Shown one piece after another: positions 35,210 through 44,527 of a DNA stretch of 52,672 nucleotides. Where the stretch lies: IMG/VR virus record IMGVR_UViG_3300045988_182204, one strand, 5' to 3'. The DNA comes from a virus. The position numbers and the translations under genes are program-made. The notes below the pieces were generated by a model. It was given only the letters and a program-made list of their open reading frames with translations, did no database searches and had not been told where the DNA came from. Positions within the stretch are counted from its first letter, which is position 1; each line of letters opens with the position of its first letter.

Positions 35210-35238
35210 ATTGTACTCCTTTTGGAGTAACTTGTAAA
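35210..35238 (-). promoter_or_regulatory. Promoter (GCTTTACA-17-TACAAT)
   Basis: Minus-strand AAGTGCTTTACA...GGAGTACAAT, upstream of the H1-like gene and tRNA locus. Confidence 0.6.
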
Positions 35239-35264
35239 GCACTTTTGGGAAATTTTCTGAAATT

Positions 35265-35585
35265 TTATTCAACCACATTGACTTCACCGTTGACCATGCA
35301 GTTTCTGAGAGCAATCAGCTCATTCTGAGCAAAAGATTTGCAAGCTCTGAATGCGATGGTCTTTTCGGTTTTGCTGAACTTGTTGAAAAACATGCGCTTA
35401 GCATCCTTGACATAGAACGGATCGAAGAAGTTGAAGTCACCAGTGAGATCATAGAGCTGCTGAAACAGCTTTTCAAGAGCAAGAATGCCCTCGCCACAGT
35501 TAAGCTCTTTGTAGCTCCAATTGAATTGTTTGACCAGCTTGGCAGCTTCATTGACCTTGCTTACAGAATATGTTGCCTTTTCCAT
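35265..35585 (-). CDS. Hypothetical protein (106 aa)
   Basis: ATG 35585 follows GGAGGTA; own promoter at 35624-35652. Confidence 0.55.
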   Translation of the reverse strand: MEKATYSVSKVNEAAKLVKQFNWSYKELNCGEGILALEKLFQQLYDLTGDFNFFDPFYVKDAKRMFFNKFSKTEKTIAFRACKSFAQNELIALRNCMVNGEVNVVE

Positions 35586-35623
35586 TTTGAGTACCTCCAT
35601 TACATATCTTCCTTACAAGTAAC

Positions 35624-35652
35624 ATTGTACTCTCATTGCCGACAATTGTAAA
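35624..35652 (-). promoter_or_regulatory. Promoter (CTCTTTACA-17-TACAAT) with upstream palindrome CAAAATATTTTG
   Basis: Minus-strand GCAAAACCTCTTTACA...GAGAGTACAAT; palindrome at 35662-35673. Confidence 0.65.
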
Positions 35653-35679
35653 GAGGTTTTGCAAAATATTTTGAAAATT

Positions 35680-37374
35680 TTAATGTGTGCCCCATGGACC
35701 CCAACCAATGTCAATGTCCAAAGGAACTCGGAGTTCAACCCCGAAGTCATCAAGCACTTTTGGATGCAACATTACACGACGAATAACAGAGTCTACATAG
35801 TCCTTGTCTTCGATCCGACATTCTCCGATGATTGAGTCATGAACCGTTGCACCAATCCAGGCAACACCTTTCAGTTCCTTGTTGATCTGGGTTGCAGCAG
35901 AGATCAATAGATCAGATCCAGAACCCTGTACTGGTGTATTGATAGATCGCCTTGCAGCACTGGCTCTCTCCCACTTGTTTTGTGAGTAGATCAAAGGCAA
36001 TTTTCTGAACCGGCCGAACAGATTGTATACACCACCCTGTGCTTCGCACAGCTGCTCCTGCTCTTGGTGCCAAGGAAGTAGCCTTGAATACTTGGCAAAG
36101 AACAGTTCACGGACATGCTCTGCTTCCTGCTGGGTGAATGTCTGACCATAGCTGTTGAGTGCATATGCAACGAATTTCTTTGCCATCATTCCGTAAAGGA
36201 ACCCGAAATTGACAGCTTTGGCCTTGCCACGCTCTTCTTTCGTGGGTTCACGACCACCTGTAAACAACTTGGCAGTCTCGGTGTGAATGTCACCTTTCTC
36301 ATGATAAATCCGGAGCATGGTTTTCTCATTGGCATAATGAGCTGCAATGCGAAGCTCCAGCTGTGAATAGTCAGCTTCGAATAGAATCATTCCTGGAGCG
36401 CCACTGAACAATCCTCGAATATCTTTCGTGCGAGGAACTTGCTGAAGATTTGGGTTGCTTGAGCTTGTTCGGCCAGAAACAACATTTGTGAGATTGAAAC
36501 TAGCATGAATTCGGCTCTTATAAGAATCATCTTCCCATCGGTTAAGGAACATCTTGTTTCTTGTGGCAGCATCTTTGTACTGCATTAAGATAGTGGGAAT
36601 TTCATAACCTTTGCGAGCCAGCTTCTTCAGAGCAGAAGCCGAAGTAGATGGAGCGCCTTTTGGTGTCTGCTCAAACACAGGCATCTTCTCAAGGTCATAA
36701 AAGACATGTGCCACCTGAGCTGAACTTGCCCAGTTGATATCATAATGACTCTTGAGCTTGCCAAGAAGAGAGTTCTCTTCGTTTCTGTACTTCTCTCGAA
36801 CCACCTTCAATTGGTTAAGGTCTATGTACAATCCATTGCGCTCAATATCCTTGTATGCGCAGTATGCTGGGCGAAGAAGCTGGGTGTAGATCTTCAGCTG
36901 CTGAGGATTCACTCGCTCCATGAAGAAGTTGAATAGTTCCCAAGTGTACTTTACATCTTTCTTAAGATATGGAACAATACTTTGAGCACCAGAGGTCTTT
37001 TCTTTTTTGGCAATATCCCAATCTGGAACACCCAAATACTCTTGCGCCATATGCTTCAAACCATGCTCAGCAGAAAGGTCATACGCTGTGGCGATCAGCA
37101 TGACATCTTCGTGAATTGGCAGCTTGATCCCATAGGCTTGCTCAAGAAACAGTGTATCAAACTTGCCATTTTGAAATACTGTACGAGCCTTGTGCTGTTT
37201 GAGTTTCTTCACAAGAGCTCTGAACCGATCTACTTGACCAGGCTTCTGTACATTGAAGATGTATCCTTTGAAGATGGGTTCACCAACGTTTTTGGAAAGA
37301 CCAACACCAATGAATGTGACCTTGTCTTTGTATCGGTTAAGGCCTGTTGTTTCAATATCAATTGTAGCATACAA
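35680..37374 (-). CDS. Family A DNA polymerase with 3'-5' exonuclease domain (TTG start)
   Basis: Exo I ATIDIETTG; polymerase motifs EADYSQLELRIAAH, KAVNFGFLYGM, VHDSIIGE and RRSINTPVQGSGSD. Confidence 0.9.
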   Translation of the reverse strand: MYATIDIETTGLNRYKDKVTFIGVGLSKNVGEPIFKGYIFNVQKPGQVDRFRALVKKLKQHKARTVFQNGKFDTLFLEQAYGIKLPIHEDVMLIATAYDLSAEHGLKHMAQEYLGVPDWDIAKKEKTSGAQSIVPYLKKDVKYTWELFNFFMERVNPQQLKIYTQLLRPAYCAYKDIERNGLYIDLNQLKVVREKYRNEENSLLGKLKSHYDINWASSAQVAHVFYDLEKMPVFEQTPKGAPSTSASALKKLARKGYEIPTILMQYKDAATRNKMFLNRWEDDSYKSRIHASFNLTNVVSGRTSSSNPNLQQVPRTKDIRGLFSGAPGMILFEADYSQLELRIAAHYANEKTMLRIYHEKGDIHTETAKLFTGGREPTKEERGKAKAVNFGFLYGMMAKKFVAYALNSYGQTFTQQEAEHVRELFFAKYSRLLPWHQEQEQLCEAQGGVYNLFGRFRKLPLIYSQNKWERASAARRSINTPVQGSGSDLLISAATQINKELKGVAWIGATVHDSIIGECRIEDKDYVDSVIRRVMLHPKVLDDFGVELRVPLDIDIGWGPWGTH

Positions 37375-37380
37375 AATAGC

Positions 37381-37611
37381 TCACCTCTTTTCTATACGAG
37401 TGATTTTGAAAACCTTGCCAGGAATCATGACCTTGACAGTGAATTCTTTTGCATCAGGGTACATCAATCCAGAAATTGCTTCAAGTTGATTGGCAACATC
37501 AAGAAGAGAAACTTCCTTTGTGTCATCATCTTTGAATCGTACATCAGGATAGAGCTTGTATTGCTTCTTGAGAGCTCTGACACTGAGCTTCATGATTCTC
37601 TTCATATTCAT
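37381..37611 (-). CDS. Hypothetical protein (76 aa)
   Basis: Internal ATG of track ORF 37381..37659, following GGGTG. Confidence 0.45.
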   Translation of the reverse strand: MNMKRIMKLSVRALKKQYKLYPDVRFKDDDTKEVSLLDVANQLEAISGLMYPDAKEFTVKVMIPGKVFKITRIEKR

Positions 37612-37615
37612 TATA

Positions 37616-37789
37616 CTACACCCGCAAGATATTGGAAAGAGTATAAATGGCATTTTCATACTCTACTGAGGAAAGACTGAGATCAGAGATGAGCTTTTTG
37701 TACCATTCATAAACATAGATGTTATGTTTTGGCTCTTCTTTTGCTCTGTGCATCAAACGACGAAGCTGACTACTCTTTTGCTGAATCAT
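37616..37789 (-). CDS. Hypothetical protein (57 aa)
   Basis: MIQQKSSQLRRLMHRAKEEPKHNIYVYEWYKKLISDLSLSSVEYENAIYTLSNILRV; start chosen after GAAAGGA. Confidence 0.4.
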   Translation of the reverse strand: MIQQKSSQLRRLMHRAKEEPKHNIYVYEWYKKLISDLSLSSVEYENAIYTLSNILRV

Positions 37790-38129
37790 CTTTGTCAATC
37801 CTTTCTCTTCCCTTTGGACAATACCAGTTTTCTGGCTTTTCCGTTTTATCAAGACTACAAAGCATCTTGAATACTCGTTTTGGTGCATTCTTCTTGTGAA
37901 ATTTCTTGTAGAATTCACAATTCTTACAACGACATACTTTCTCAAGAGAATTGAGATCAAATGGATCATAACACCAATGGTAAAGGTTCTCTATTTGAGC
38001 AATAGCTGCATCAATTGAGATTTTTTGAGTCCCAAGCTCTGTTGGAAATTCTACCTCTGCATTCGGAGTCTTCTTTCTTCTACTCTTCAGGGTGTCTATT
38101 GCAATAGACAATACTTGTCGTGTAGTCAT
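37770..38129 (-). CDS. Hypothetical Cys-containing protein (119 aa)
   Basis: CRCKNCEFY...WYCPKG; ATG 38129 lies just after the HD gene stop. Confidence 0.5.
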   Translation of the reverse strand: MTTRQVLSIAIDTLKSRRKKTPNAEVEFPTELGTQKISIDAAIAQIENLYHWCYDPFDLNSLEKVCRCKNCEFYKKFHKKNAPKRVFKMLCSLDKTEKPENWYCPKGRERIDKDDSAKE

Positions 38130-38131
38130 AT

Positions 38132-38689
38132 TCAAACACCCATGCATTGAGAGGCATACATATCAGCAGTATGCGTGTAGAGCACATTAGGATAAGCACA
38201 ACAAGCAGCAGAATATCCTTTCCAATACTTTTCACCCTCAAAGGCACCCATGTGCCAGCGAATGCACATCAGTTCTTCAAAAGTGAGCTCAAGGAACTGC
38301 TGAATCAAAGCTACACTGGCACTGCCATGCCCAGGGAGAATCACATTTTCGGTATGTGTAAAGGTCCCGTCTTCTTGCTTGGTATACAATTTTGTCTTAC
38401 AATAGTCATGCAGCATACCAACAATATATGGGGATTCTTTTCGCTCCCAGTGAAGCCTCAGGCTCTGTGTGTAATCTACAAGTTGACGTGTTACAGCAAA
38501 TGAATGATCAAAAAGACCACCCTCATAATTGCCATGATGAGAAGCTGCTGCTGGAGCAGTGAAGAACCCATCTTTTTCAAGCTGCTGAAGAACCCCTGTA
38601 TTGTATGGACGAGGCATATAACCTGTGAATAGAGCAATGCGTTCTTCTTTGGTTCTGTCAAACACCATATTCTTTTTTGCTGAAGTCAT
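38132..38689 (-). CDS. HD-domain phosphohydrolase
   Basis: HHGNYEGGLFDHSFAV and MLHDYCK (H...HD...D pattern). Confidence 0.7.
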   Translation of the reverse strand: MTSAKKNMVFDRTKEERIALFTGYMPRPYNTGVLQQLEKDGFFTAPAAASHHGNYEGGLFDHSFAVTRQLVDYTQSLRLHWERKESPYIVGMLHDYCKTKLYTKQEDGTFTHTENVILPGHGSASVALIQQFLELTFEELMCIRWHMGAFEGEKYWKGYSAACCAYPNVLYTHTADMYASQCMGV

Positions 38690-38693
38690 AATA

Positions 38694-40628
38694 TCACCTC
38701 TTGAATTGTTTGAGAGTTACACCTTTCCAGCTTGCCTCTCGTGTCTTTGGATTCCTGTATTCAAGAAATCCAAGAGACCTCATGTTTCGAATGAATCCGT
38801 GCTTTTTGTGGCATTCGCGACCACTGCTCACACAGAATTGAGCATATGCTTCATAGAGAGCATCCTTGCCAATATATGCTTCTGGGTCTTTCTTGCACTT
38901 CTTCACAAGAAAGGCATGAATACTATCAGAGTCCTGGCGAAGACCCTCCACCATTCGATTGGAGCGCTCTGTACGAGGAATCGCTTCTACTGGCAGGAGA
39001 CTGAGTAGATACGGAATAATCTCTTCGACACTTTCTTCGCTGCAAAGGTCATTGACATATGCGTCGTTAAGGAATAGCTCGTGATTCATGTACAGAATTC
39101 GCATTCGTTTGTAGAATGCATTTGACTTCTCTTCAAGCTGAAGTGGGAGCTGGTTGAAAGAGAAGATCAGCTTGCAGAAAGGAACAAAGAAGAAAGGCTC
39201 TTTGCCTTTCTTTTCATGCATGATCTGGTCACCACCAGTGATCTTTTTTAAGTTCTCAATACTGCTCAATGGCAATGAACCATTATCACCACAAGAGTTC
39301 AGAAGTGTGTTATATAACTGAGCTGGATAGAATCGAGCACTGAGTTCATGCATACTCAAAGATGAGACATTTTCTCGCCCAACCATATTCTCAATGAATC
39401 GAAGCAAAACGGATTTGCCTGTATTGGACTGACCACAGAGGATCATGAAAGTTTTCAAGCCATAATTCAAGGTCAAACAATATGCCATGTACTTCAGAGC
39501 CATCTTGATATCTTCCTTGTTAAGGCAAGTCTTTTTGAAGAATTGATATAGTCTTGTATTCACAAAAGGAACGTATTCACCTACTTCGTGGGGGATTTGC
39601 AATGTCTGCAAATATTTGCTATCATGAGGAAGAAGCTTCCCTTGCTCAATATCCCAAACACCATTCTTAAAATTGATGAGATTATGATCCTTGTTAAGGT
39701 CTTTTGTCTCTTTTTGAAGTCGTGTATCATCAATGATCAAGCGGAAGCACTCCATGATTCTTGCCTGGGTGATCAAGCTATCCACCATAATCATATCACG
39801 AATTGTATTGCGAACATAACTGCTGGCTTCCTTGTATACACCTTCTTGGTAAAGGTATGCCTCTCCGCCCAAAACGAATATGTCGCCACGGTTTACAAAA
39901 TAATCACATATTGCTCGACTATTAACATTCACAGGGTGACCTTTGGTGTTGTAGATCAGATATGGATTGTCACCCTGCTCTTGGGCTTCATAGTTCTTTG
40001 TATTGCGAATTATCTTTTCGAGCTCTTCTTCTTCCATCGGCTGATCAAAAATGATGGTGTTGATGATATGAGCCATCTTGTCAATTTGATCATCGTTGGC
40101 ACCTCTGTTTTTATAGGCCATAAGGTGTGCAAAGAGAGTTGCGTTTCTGCCATCACCCTCCTTAAGACCGAGAAGAGATTCTCTTCTATTTGCCATTGGA
40201 GTGAATTCAAGAGGAAGATCCTCAATCACTCTGCAATTATTGAACTTTCGGTTTTCTGTACCCCAAGGAAGAATGACATAACCTTTGTTGGCACAGCGAA
40301 AATCACATTTAAGACCGCAAGGCAGTATCATGCCAATGCGCTGAGGAAAATCCTTGTTGGTCTTAAAGTAAAGGTGTAGACCCTTCGGGGTCTTACACAT
40401 TAGAGTTTTGAGGTGCATTTTGCGAACGACTTTGAGGGCTTCTTCTTTGCCCTCATCGATATCTACAATGATGTATCCTGTTCGCACCCACCAACCAATC
40501 TGCCCACCATTTTCAACATGAGCAGCTGCAGCTCTCTCGGGCACGATGGCAGTGTCAATACGCTTCTTTTCCATACAGCGCACATAACTATCCTGCCCGA
40601 TCAAGCTGTTAAACTCAGATAATTTCAT
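38694..40628 (-). CDS. Primase-polymerase / SF3 (D5/P4-type) helicase fusion
   Basis: N-terminal prim-pol-like GWWVRTGYIIVDIDEG; C-terminal P-loop FMILCGQSNTGKSVLL followed by a P4-family C-terminal region; 644 aa. Confidence 0.8.
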   Translation of the reverse strand: MKLSEFNSLIGQDSYVRCMEKKRIDTAIVPERAAAAHVENGGQIGWWVRTGYIIVDIDEGKEEALKVVRKMHLKTLMCKTPKGLHLYFKTNKDFPQRIGMILPCGLKCDFRCANKGYVILPWGTENRKFNNCRVIEDLPLEFTPMANRRESLLGLKEGDGRNATLFAHLMAYKNRGANDDQIDKMAHIINTIIFDQPMEEEELEKIIRNTKNYEAQEQGDNPYLIYNTKGHPVNVNSRAICDYFVNRGDIFVLGGEAYLYQEGVYKEASSYVRNTIRDMIMVDSLITQARIMECFRLIIDDTRLQKETKDLNKDHNLINFKNGVWDIEQGKLLPHDSKYLQTLQIPHEVGEYVPFVNTRLYQFFKKTCLNKEDIKMALKYMAYCLTLNYGLKTFMILCGQSNTGKSVLLRFIENMVGRENVSSLSMHELSARFYPAQLYNTLLNSCGDNGSLPLSSIENLKKITGGDQIMHEKKGKEPFFFVPFCKLIFSFNQLPLQLEEKSNAFYKRMRILYMNHELFLNDAYVNDLCSEESVEEIIPYLLSLLPVEAIPRTERSNRMVEGLRQDSDSIHAFLVKKCKKDPEAYIGKDALYEAYAQFCVSSGRECHKKHGFIRNMRSLGFLEYRNPKTREASWKGVTLKQFKR

Positions 40629-40642
40629 AGACTGTCATCCTA

Positions 40643-40999
40643 CTATTTCATTGTTACTGTGCGATCCTCAATCGTGCGCTGCATGCTTGTACTGCTGTCA
40701 AGCCAACGCTGTACTCGTTCTGTCTTTGCCAGCTTTCTAGCATCAACCTCCTCTTGGTTAAGGTTGAAGATGGCTTTGACATGATGAAGAATAATCTCCA
40801 CATCAGCAACCTCATCAATTGCTTTCTGATGCAGGTTGAGCTGAGCTTCATATTCAGAATCATATCGAGGAAACTTTGCCAACACACATGCTAGCTCATT
40901 AAGCTCTTCAATGGCAACCAAAATCTGATTTTTGTTACCATACACATCACGAGCTTTGGCAAGTGTTGTGACAATGTAATCCGCCTGTTCTTGGGTCAT
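40643..40999 (-). CDS. MazG-like all-alpha NTP pyrophosphohydrolase
   Basis: EExxE / ExxD metal motifs (VAIEELNELACVL and IDEVADVEIIL); 118 aa. Confidence 0.65.
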   Translation of the reverse strand: MTQEQADYIVTTLAKARDVYGNKNQILVAIEELNELACVLAKFPRYDSEYEAQLNLHQKAIDEVADVEIILHHVKAIFNLNQEEVDARKLAKTERVQRWLDSSTSMQRTIEDRTVTMK

Positions 41000-41010
41000 G
41001 TAAGATCACC

Positions 41011-41487
41011 TCAATTCGTTGCGTCTGGAGCATCCCAGTTGGCCACTTGAACACTTTTTACACCATTATATGCAAAGATTTGTTCAGTTTCTTCACTGAT
41101 ATATTGCTTGCGTCCATAATAGACCTCTGTGATTCCTGCAGCAACAATAGCACGCGCACAGGCTTCACAAGGATACCGTGTTACATAGATTCGTCCACCT
41201 CGTGCAGGTCTCTCCAAATGAGCGATGGCGTCGATCTCGCTATGAACAGCACGACAATCTGCAGGTCCACGATGGGTCTTATCGTTGTTGCCATACTTCT
41301 TGATACGCAAGCAGCCCTCGAACTGACAAAGATTTGGGATTGTTGCATTTGCTCCAAAAGAGAGAATTCTTCCATGCTTATCTGTGATACAAGATCCAAC
41401 AGACACTTTCAAGCAACCAGATCTTGCCTCTGCATAAGTCTGAGCCATGTCAAGATATCTTTTGACAGGCATCTGCTCATTTGCCAT
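41011..41487 (-). CDS. dCMP (deoxycytidylate) deaminase
   Basis: Zinc motifs VHSEIDAI and PCEACARAI; ATG 41487 follows AGAGGAA. Confidence 0.8.
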   Translation of the reverse strand: MANEQMPVKRYLDMAQTYAEARSGCLKVSVGSCITDKHGRILSFGANATIPNLCQFEGCLRIKKYGNNDKTHRGPADCRAVHSEIDAIAHLERPARGGRIYVTRYPCEACARAIVAAGITEVYYGRKQYISEETEQIFAYNGVKSVQVANWDAPDATN

Positions 41488-41674
41488 TATTGTTCCTCTT
41501 TTCTTGTTCCTTTTGTTCACGACGAGCTTTCTCACGACGAGCTGCTCGGCACTCACTGCAATGGGTAAAAGGCTTCAGCCCACGAGTTTCGAGCCAAGCC
41601 AGCTCGTTGTCAGAGATAGAAAAAGGACGATTGCAGGTCTTACAGATCCGCTGCTGACGATTGTTTTCTGCCAT
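41477..41674 (-). CDS. Zinc-ribbon protein (65 aa)
   Basis: CKTCNRPF...CSECR followed by a basic tail (RREKARREQKEQEKR). Confidence 0.55.
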   Translation of the reverse strand: MAENNRQQRICKTCNRPFSISDNELAWLETRGLKPFTHCSECRAARREKARREQKEQEKRNNNGK

Positions 41675-41688
41675 GATAAATACCTCCA

Positions 41689-42699
41689 TTATTTGTAAAT
41701 GTATTTGACACGAGGACGACCAGTGCCCTCGATTGTCCGAATGTATTTGCAGAATTCACACATACAGTTCTCCAAACACATAACACTGAAGAACCGATCT
41801 TCTTGAGGCAAATCTACAAAGAGTCTACCAGCCCAAAAAGGTGGATGAACTTCGTTGAAGATTTCATCTATGTTGTCCGCGAGCCAGAACAGAGCTTCTT
41901 CATGAGTGAGCCCATTGTAGTCGTCAAACAACTTGTTAAGGCCTTTTTTGCATCCTGGTCCAGCTACAACGAACTCATTCTCACTAAATGGAAACTCTTC
42001 TATATAGGTTAAATCAACAAAGATTTGATATGCCAAAAAATCTGCAAAGCCTTGGATCTCTTTTATGGCTTCAAATGCAACCTTTTGGTCACTGGCACTT
42101 AAGAGTTTTTCAACGGTGTTGTGCTCCTTGAGCCATGGACCGATATGGAATACTCGTAAAGGTATATCTTGCTCCACACAGTCACTGAAATGATCAATGT
42201 CTGCATATCTCCAGGCCTGTTTTGTGCCACCCTGATTGTATGCCGAAGACCACCACTTGCGGTCAGAATCTTCTGTAACTAACTGCTTGTAGATTGGTCG
42301 AACCTGTTCTTTCATCTGCGAGGAGTAAAGGCTCTTTGCTGGCCATGGTCCACCAAGATCCTTCATTGTATCCCAGTTGTTCCATGCTCGGAAGTAGAAG
42401 CTATTGACAATCTTATCCTCTATAGATAGACATGGATTGGTACTGATATTTTTGATGAGATATTGGCTCTGACGATCATGCTCACGACGAATGTTGCAGA
42501 ACTTGTACTGTAACAGGATCGGGTTGTTTGTCCATGGTGCTTTTTGCTTCAAGAAGTCTTTGCGAATATGAATCTTGTAGCGCTCTGTTACAAAGTCATA
42601 GAAGTGTTTGACTGCAACGGCATTCAATTTGGGTTTGGCTTCCAGAATCTTTTGCTGATTCACACCGCAGTATTTTACATCTGCTCTTTTATTTTTCAT
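41689..42699 (-). CDS. Putative DNA base hypermodification protein (aGPT-pyrophosphorylase-like family)
   Basis: PWTNNPILLQYKFCNIRREHDRQSQYL and VVAGPGCKKGLNKLF resemble the PWT.DpIL..yrFcNvyRe.DR.T and GPGa.RGL motifs I recall for this family. This needs HMM confirmation. Confidence 0.45.
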   Translation of the reverse strand: MKNKRADVKYCGVNQQKILEAKPKLNAVAVKHFYDFVTERYKIHIRKDFLKQKAPWTNNPILLQYKFCNIRREHDRQSQYLIKNISTNPCLSIEDKIVNSFYFRAWNNWDTMKDLGGPWPAKSLYSSQMKEQVRPIYKQLVTEDSDRKWWSSAYNQGGTKQAWRYADIDHFSDCVEQDIPLRVFHIGPWLKEHNTVEKLLSASDQKVAFEAIKEIQGFADFLAYQIFVDLTYIEEFPFSENEFVVAGPGCKKGLNKLFDDYNGLTHEEALFWLADNIDEIFNEVHPPFWAGRLFVDLPQEDRFFSVMCLENCMCEFCKYIRTIEGTGRPRVKYIYK

Positions 42700-42901
42700 T
42701 GGCTTTTCTCCTACAATACTGCTCTAAATGGGCCAATATGGATAATCCCATGAAACATGCCATAGGAATAAGATCTTCACCACCAATTGCTTTATATCCT
42801 CGCTGAAGCAGTGCAGCCTCAGCAGCCACCATAGATATATATGGGGTTATAATGAACAACAGAGTGAACAATATTCCAAACAGCTTCTCAAGTACCTTCA
42901 T
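42689..42901 (-). CDS. Small membrane protein (70 aa, two TM helices)
   Basis: FGILFTLLFIITPYISMVAA and LIPMACFMGLSILA. Confidence 0.55.
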   Translation of the reverse strand: MKVLEKLFGILFTLLFIITPYISMVAAEAALLQRGYKAIGGEDLIPMACFMGLSILAHLEQYCRRKANEK

Positions 42902-42902
42902 T

Positions 42903-42931
42903 ATTATACCTCCAAATAGGGCTATTGTAAA
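42903..42931 (-). promoter_or_regulatory. Promoter-like motif (CTCTTTACA-17-TATAAT), function doubtful
   Basis: The motif fits the family, but the -10 ends 1 nt before ATG 42901 and overlaps its SD. Confidence 0.3.
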
Positions 42932-43512
42932 GAGATTTTTTCGTCCTTGTAGCAGTACTTGATGACATCTTTTCTGGCTGTCATCAGCTTTTCCGTTCCT
43001 CTTGGCTTCTTACCATACCCATGAACGGCTCCGCCACGACCGATAATCAGCTTGCGATATCGTGTAGTCTTTGTATTGAGGTTGTACCTGATCTTCACAG
43101 TCATCAGCCCATTGACATCAACACACCAAGTTGTTTTAATAGAGTTATAGTCCACACTATCATAATCTGCTATCTCATGTTCTAGTTGTGCCCAAGCAAC
43201 CATCTGTTTGGCATTTGGCTGACCCTCACTTTTGGAAGACTTAGAGAAATCAACGATCACCTGTCTCTTTGGGCTGGTGTCTCCTGTGGAGCGTCCTTTC
43301 TCATCACGAGTAGTTTTCTCCTCAGACCTTCTGAGGGACTCCACAGGAGCTGCTGCTTCGCTGGCAGGGACACGCTTCGTACTCAGAGATTCCGGAGCCA
43401 CACCCAGGATATTAGCAGCAATGTTCTTGGCCTGAGCTGATGTTTCACACTTCACGGATCCAAAGACATTTCCGTCCTTGATCATATTATAATAGTATAC
43501 TCGAATTCTCAT
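42922..43512 (-). CDS. Hypothetical protein (196 aa)
   Basis: Long ORF with SD; no motif recognised. Confidence 0.55.
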   Translation of the reverse strand: MRIRVYYYNMIKDGNVFGSVKCETSAQAKNIAANILGVAPESLSTKRVPASEAAAPVESLRRSEEKTTRDEKGRSTGDTSPKRQVIVDFSKSSKSEGQPNAKQMVAWAQLEHEIADYDSVDYNSIKTTWCVDVNGLMTVKIRYNLNTKTTRYRKLIIGRGGAVHGYGKKPRGTEKLMTARKDVIKYCYKDEKISLQ

Positions 43513-43513
43513 C

Positions 43514-43741
43514 TCAAGACCTCCACAATTTTCTGAGTCTGTAATTTATGTGAACGATATCCATCACATCAGAGTGTAGCTCGGAATCAATACTCTTCAA
43601 ACGAACTTTCATGTGCCAACCCACTGTGCTCAGTGGCATATTGAATCGCTCAGCTGTCTCCCTATATGTTGCTAAACTCTTGTTGATGATATATGATGCT
43701 TCATCTAGCACCTGCTGATCAGTGTATCTTCTTTTCTTCAT
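43514..43741 (-). CDS. SpoIIID-like HTH transcriptional regulator (75 aa)
   Basis: ...ETAERFNMPLSTVGWHMKVRLKSIDSELHSDVMDIVHINY parallels B. subtilis SpoIIID (...FGVSKSTVHKDLTERLPEINPDLANEVKEIL...) as I remember it. Confidence 0.5.
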   Translation of the reverse strand: MKKRRYTDQQVLDEASYIINKSLATYRETAERFNMPLSTVGWHMKVRLKSIDSELHSDVMDIVHINYRLRKLWRS

Positions 43742-43751
43742 CTTAAACACC

Positions 43752-44411
43752 TCACTTCTTCAGAGAGCGCGCATCCATGCAAGCACGACCATCGTAGATG
43801 CCCTTGTTGTATGCATCAAAGTTGACGGAGCCGGAGCTAGTCAAACCGCCCTTATGGGTGTGGAGCTGAGGAAACTTGTCATGGAATTCATCATTGACAT
43901 CCTGAGGAACGATCAGCACAAGAGCCTGGCACTGCTTGTCTAGCTTCTCACGAAGACCACCAAGAAATCCCATCACATAGCTGTTAAACACATTCTTGGT
44001 GTCACAGCAATCGCGACGAGCCTGACCAACGCAAGCGTCACCATGCTTCTTTGCGAAGTGATAAGCATACTCAAAAGCAGATTTGGCAATCTTTGCATCT
44101 TCAGCATGTCCAAAGAATGCAACCTGCTTGTTGCCGAGGAGAATAGTCTTGCAACGGAAGTTGCGGGCAATGATCACTGCAAGCTGGCAGCGGAAGCCTT
44201 TGTTGCCTTTGTGCTCACAGGCTTCCAACCCATAAGACACAGGCTCATCAACATTGACTTCTACATCGCTCATCTGAACCCCGTGTTCAGCCATGAGCTG
44301 CTGAGCCTTGAGAAGCGCTGCCTGAGCTTCAGCATCGCTGTCATTGCGCTTGCTATCAGCAAGAGCGAGCAGTTTCTGAATTTTCTTTACAATTGCATTA
44401 TTTTCAGCCAT
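43752..44411 (-). CDS. DUF2786-domain protein
   Basis: N-terminal IVKKIQKLLALADSKRNDSDAEAQAALLKAQQLMAEHGV is the DUF2786 signature. Confidence 0.65.
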   Translation of the reverse strand: MAENNAIVKKIQKLLALADSKRNDSDAEAQAALLKAQQLMAEHGVQMSDVEVNVDEPVSYGLEACEHKGNKGFRCQLAVIIARNFRCKTILLGNKQVAFFGHAEDAKIAKSAFEYAYHFAKKHGDACVGQARRDCCDTKNVFNSYVMGFLGGLREKLDKQCQALVLIVPQDVNDEFHDKFPQLHTHKGGLTSSGSVNFDAYNKGIYDGRACMDARSLKK

Positions 44412-44527
44412 AATAATTCTCCTTGTGATGTCATTTTAAGAGCCATCCGCTCTGGGAGGGTTGCAATATACAACTCCGACACCCTTTCGGGTGTTTCGTC
44501 GCAATTCTCAGCGACTCATCGGGGAGT

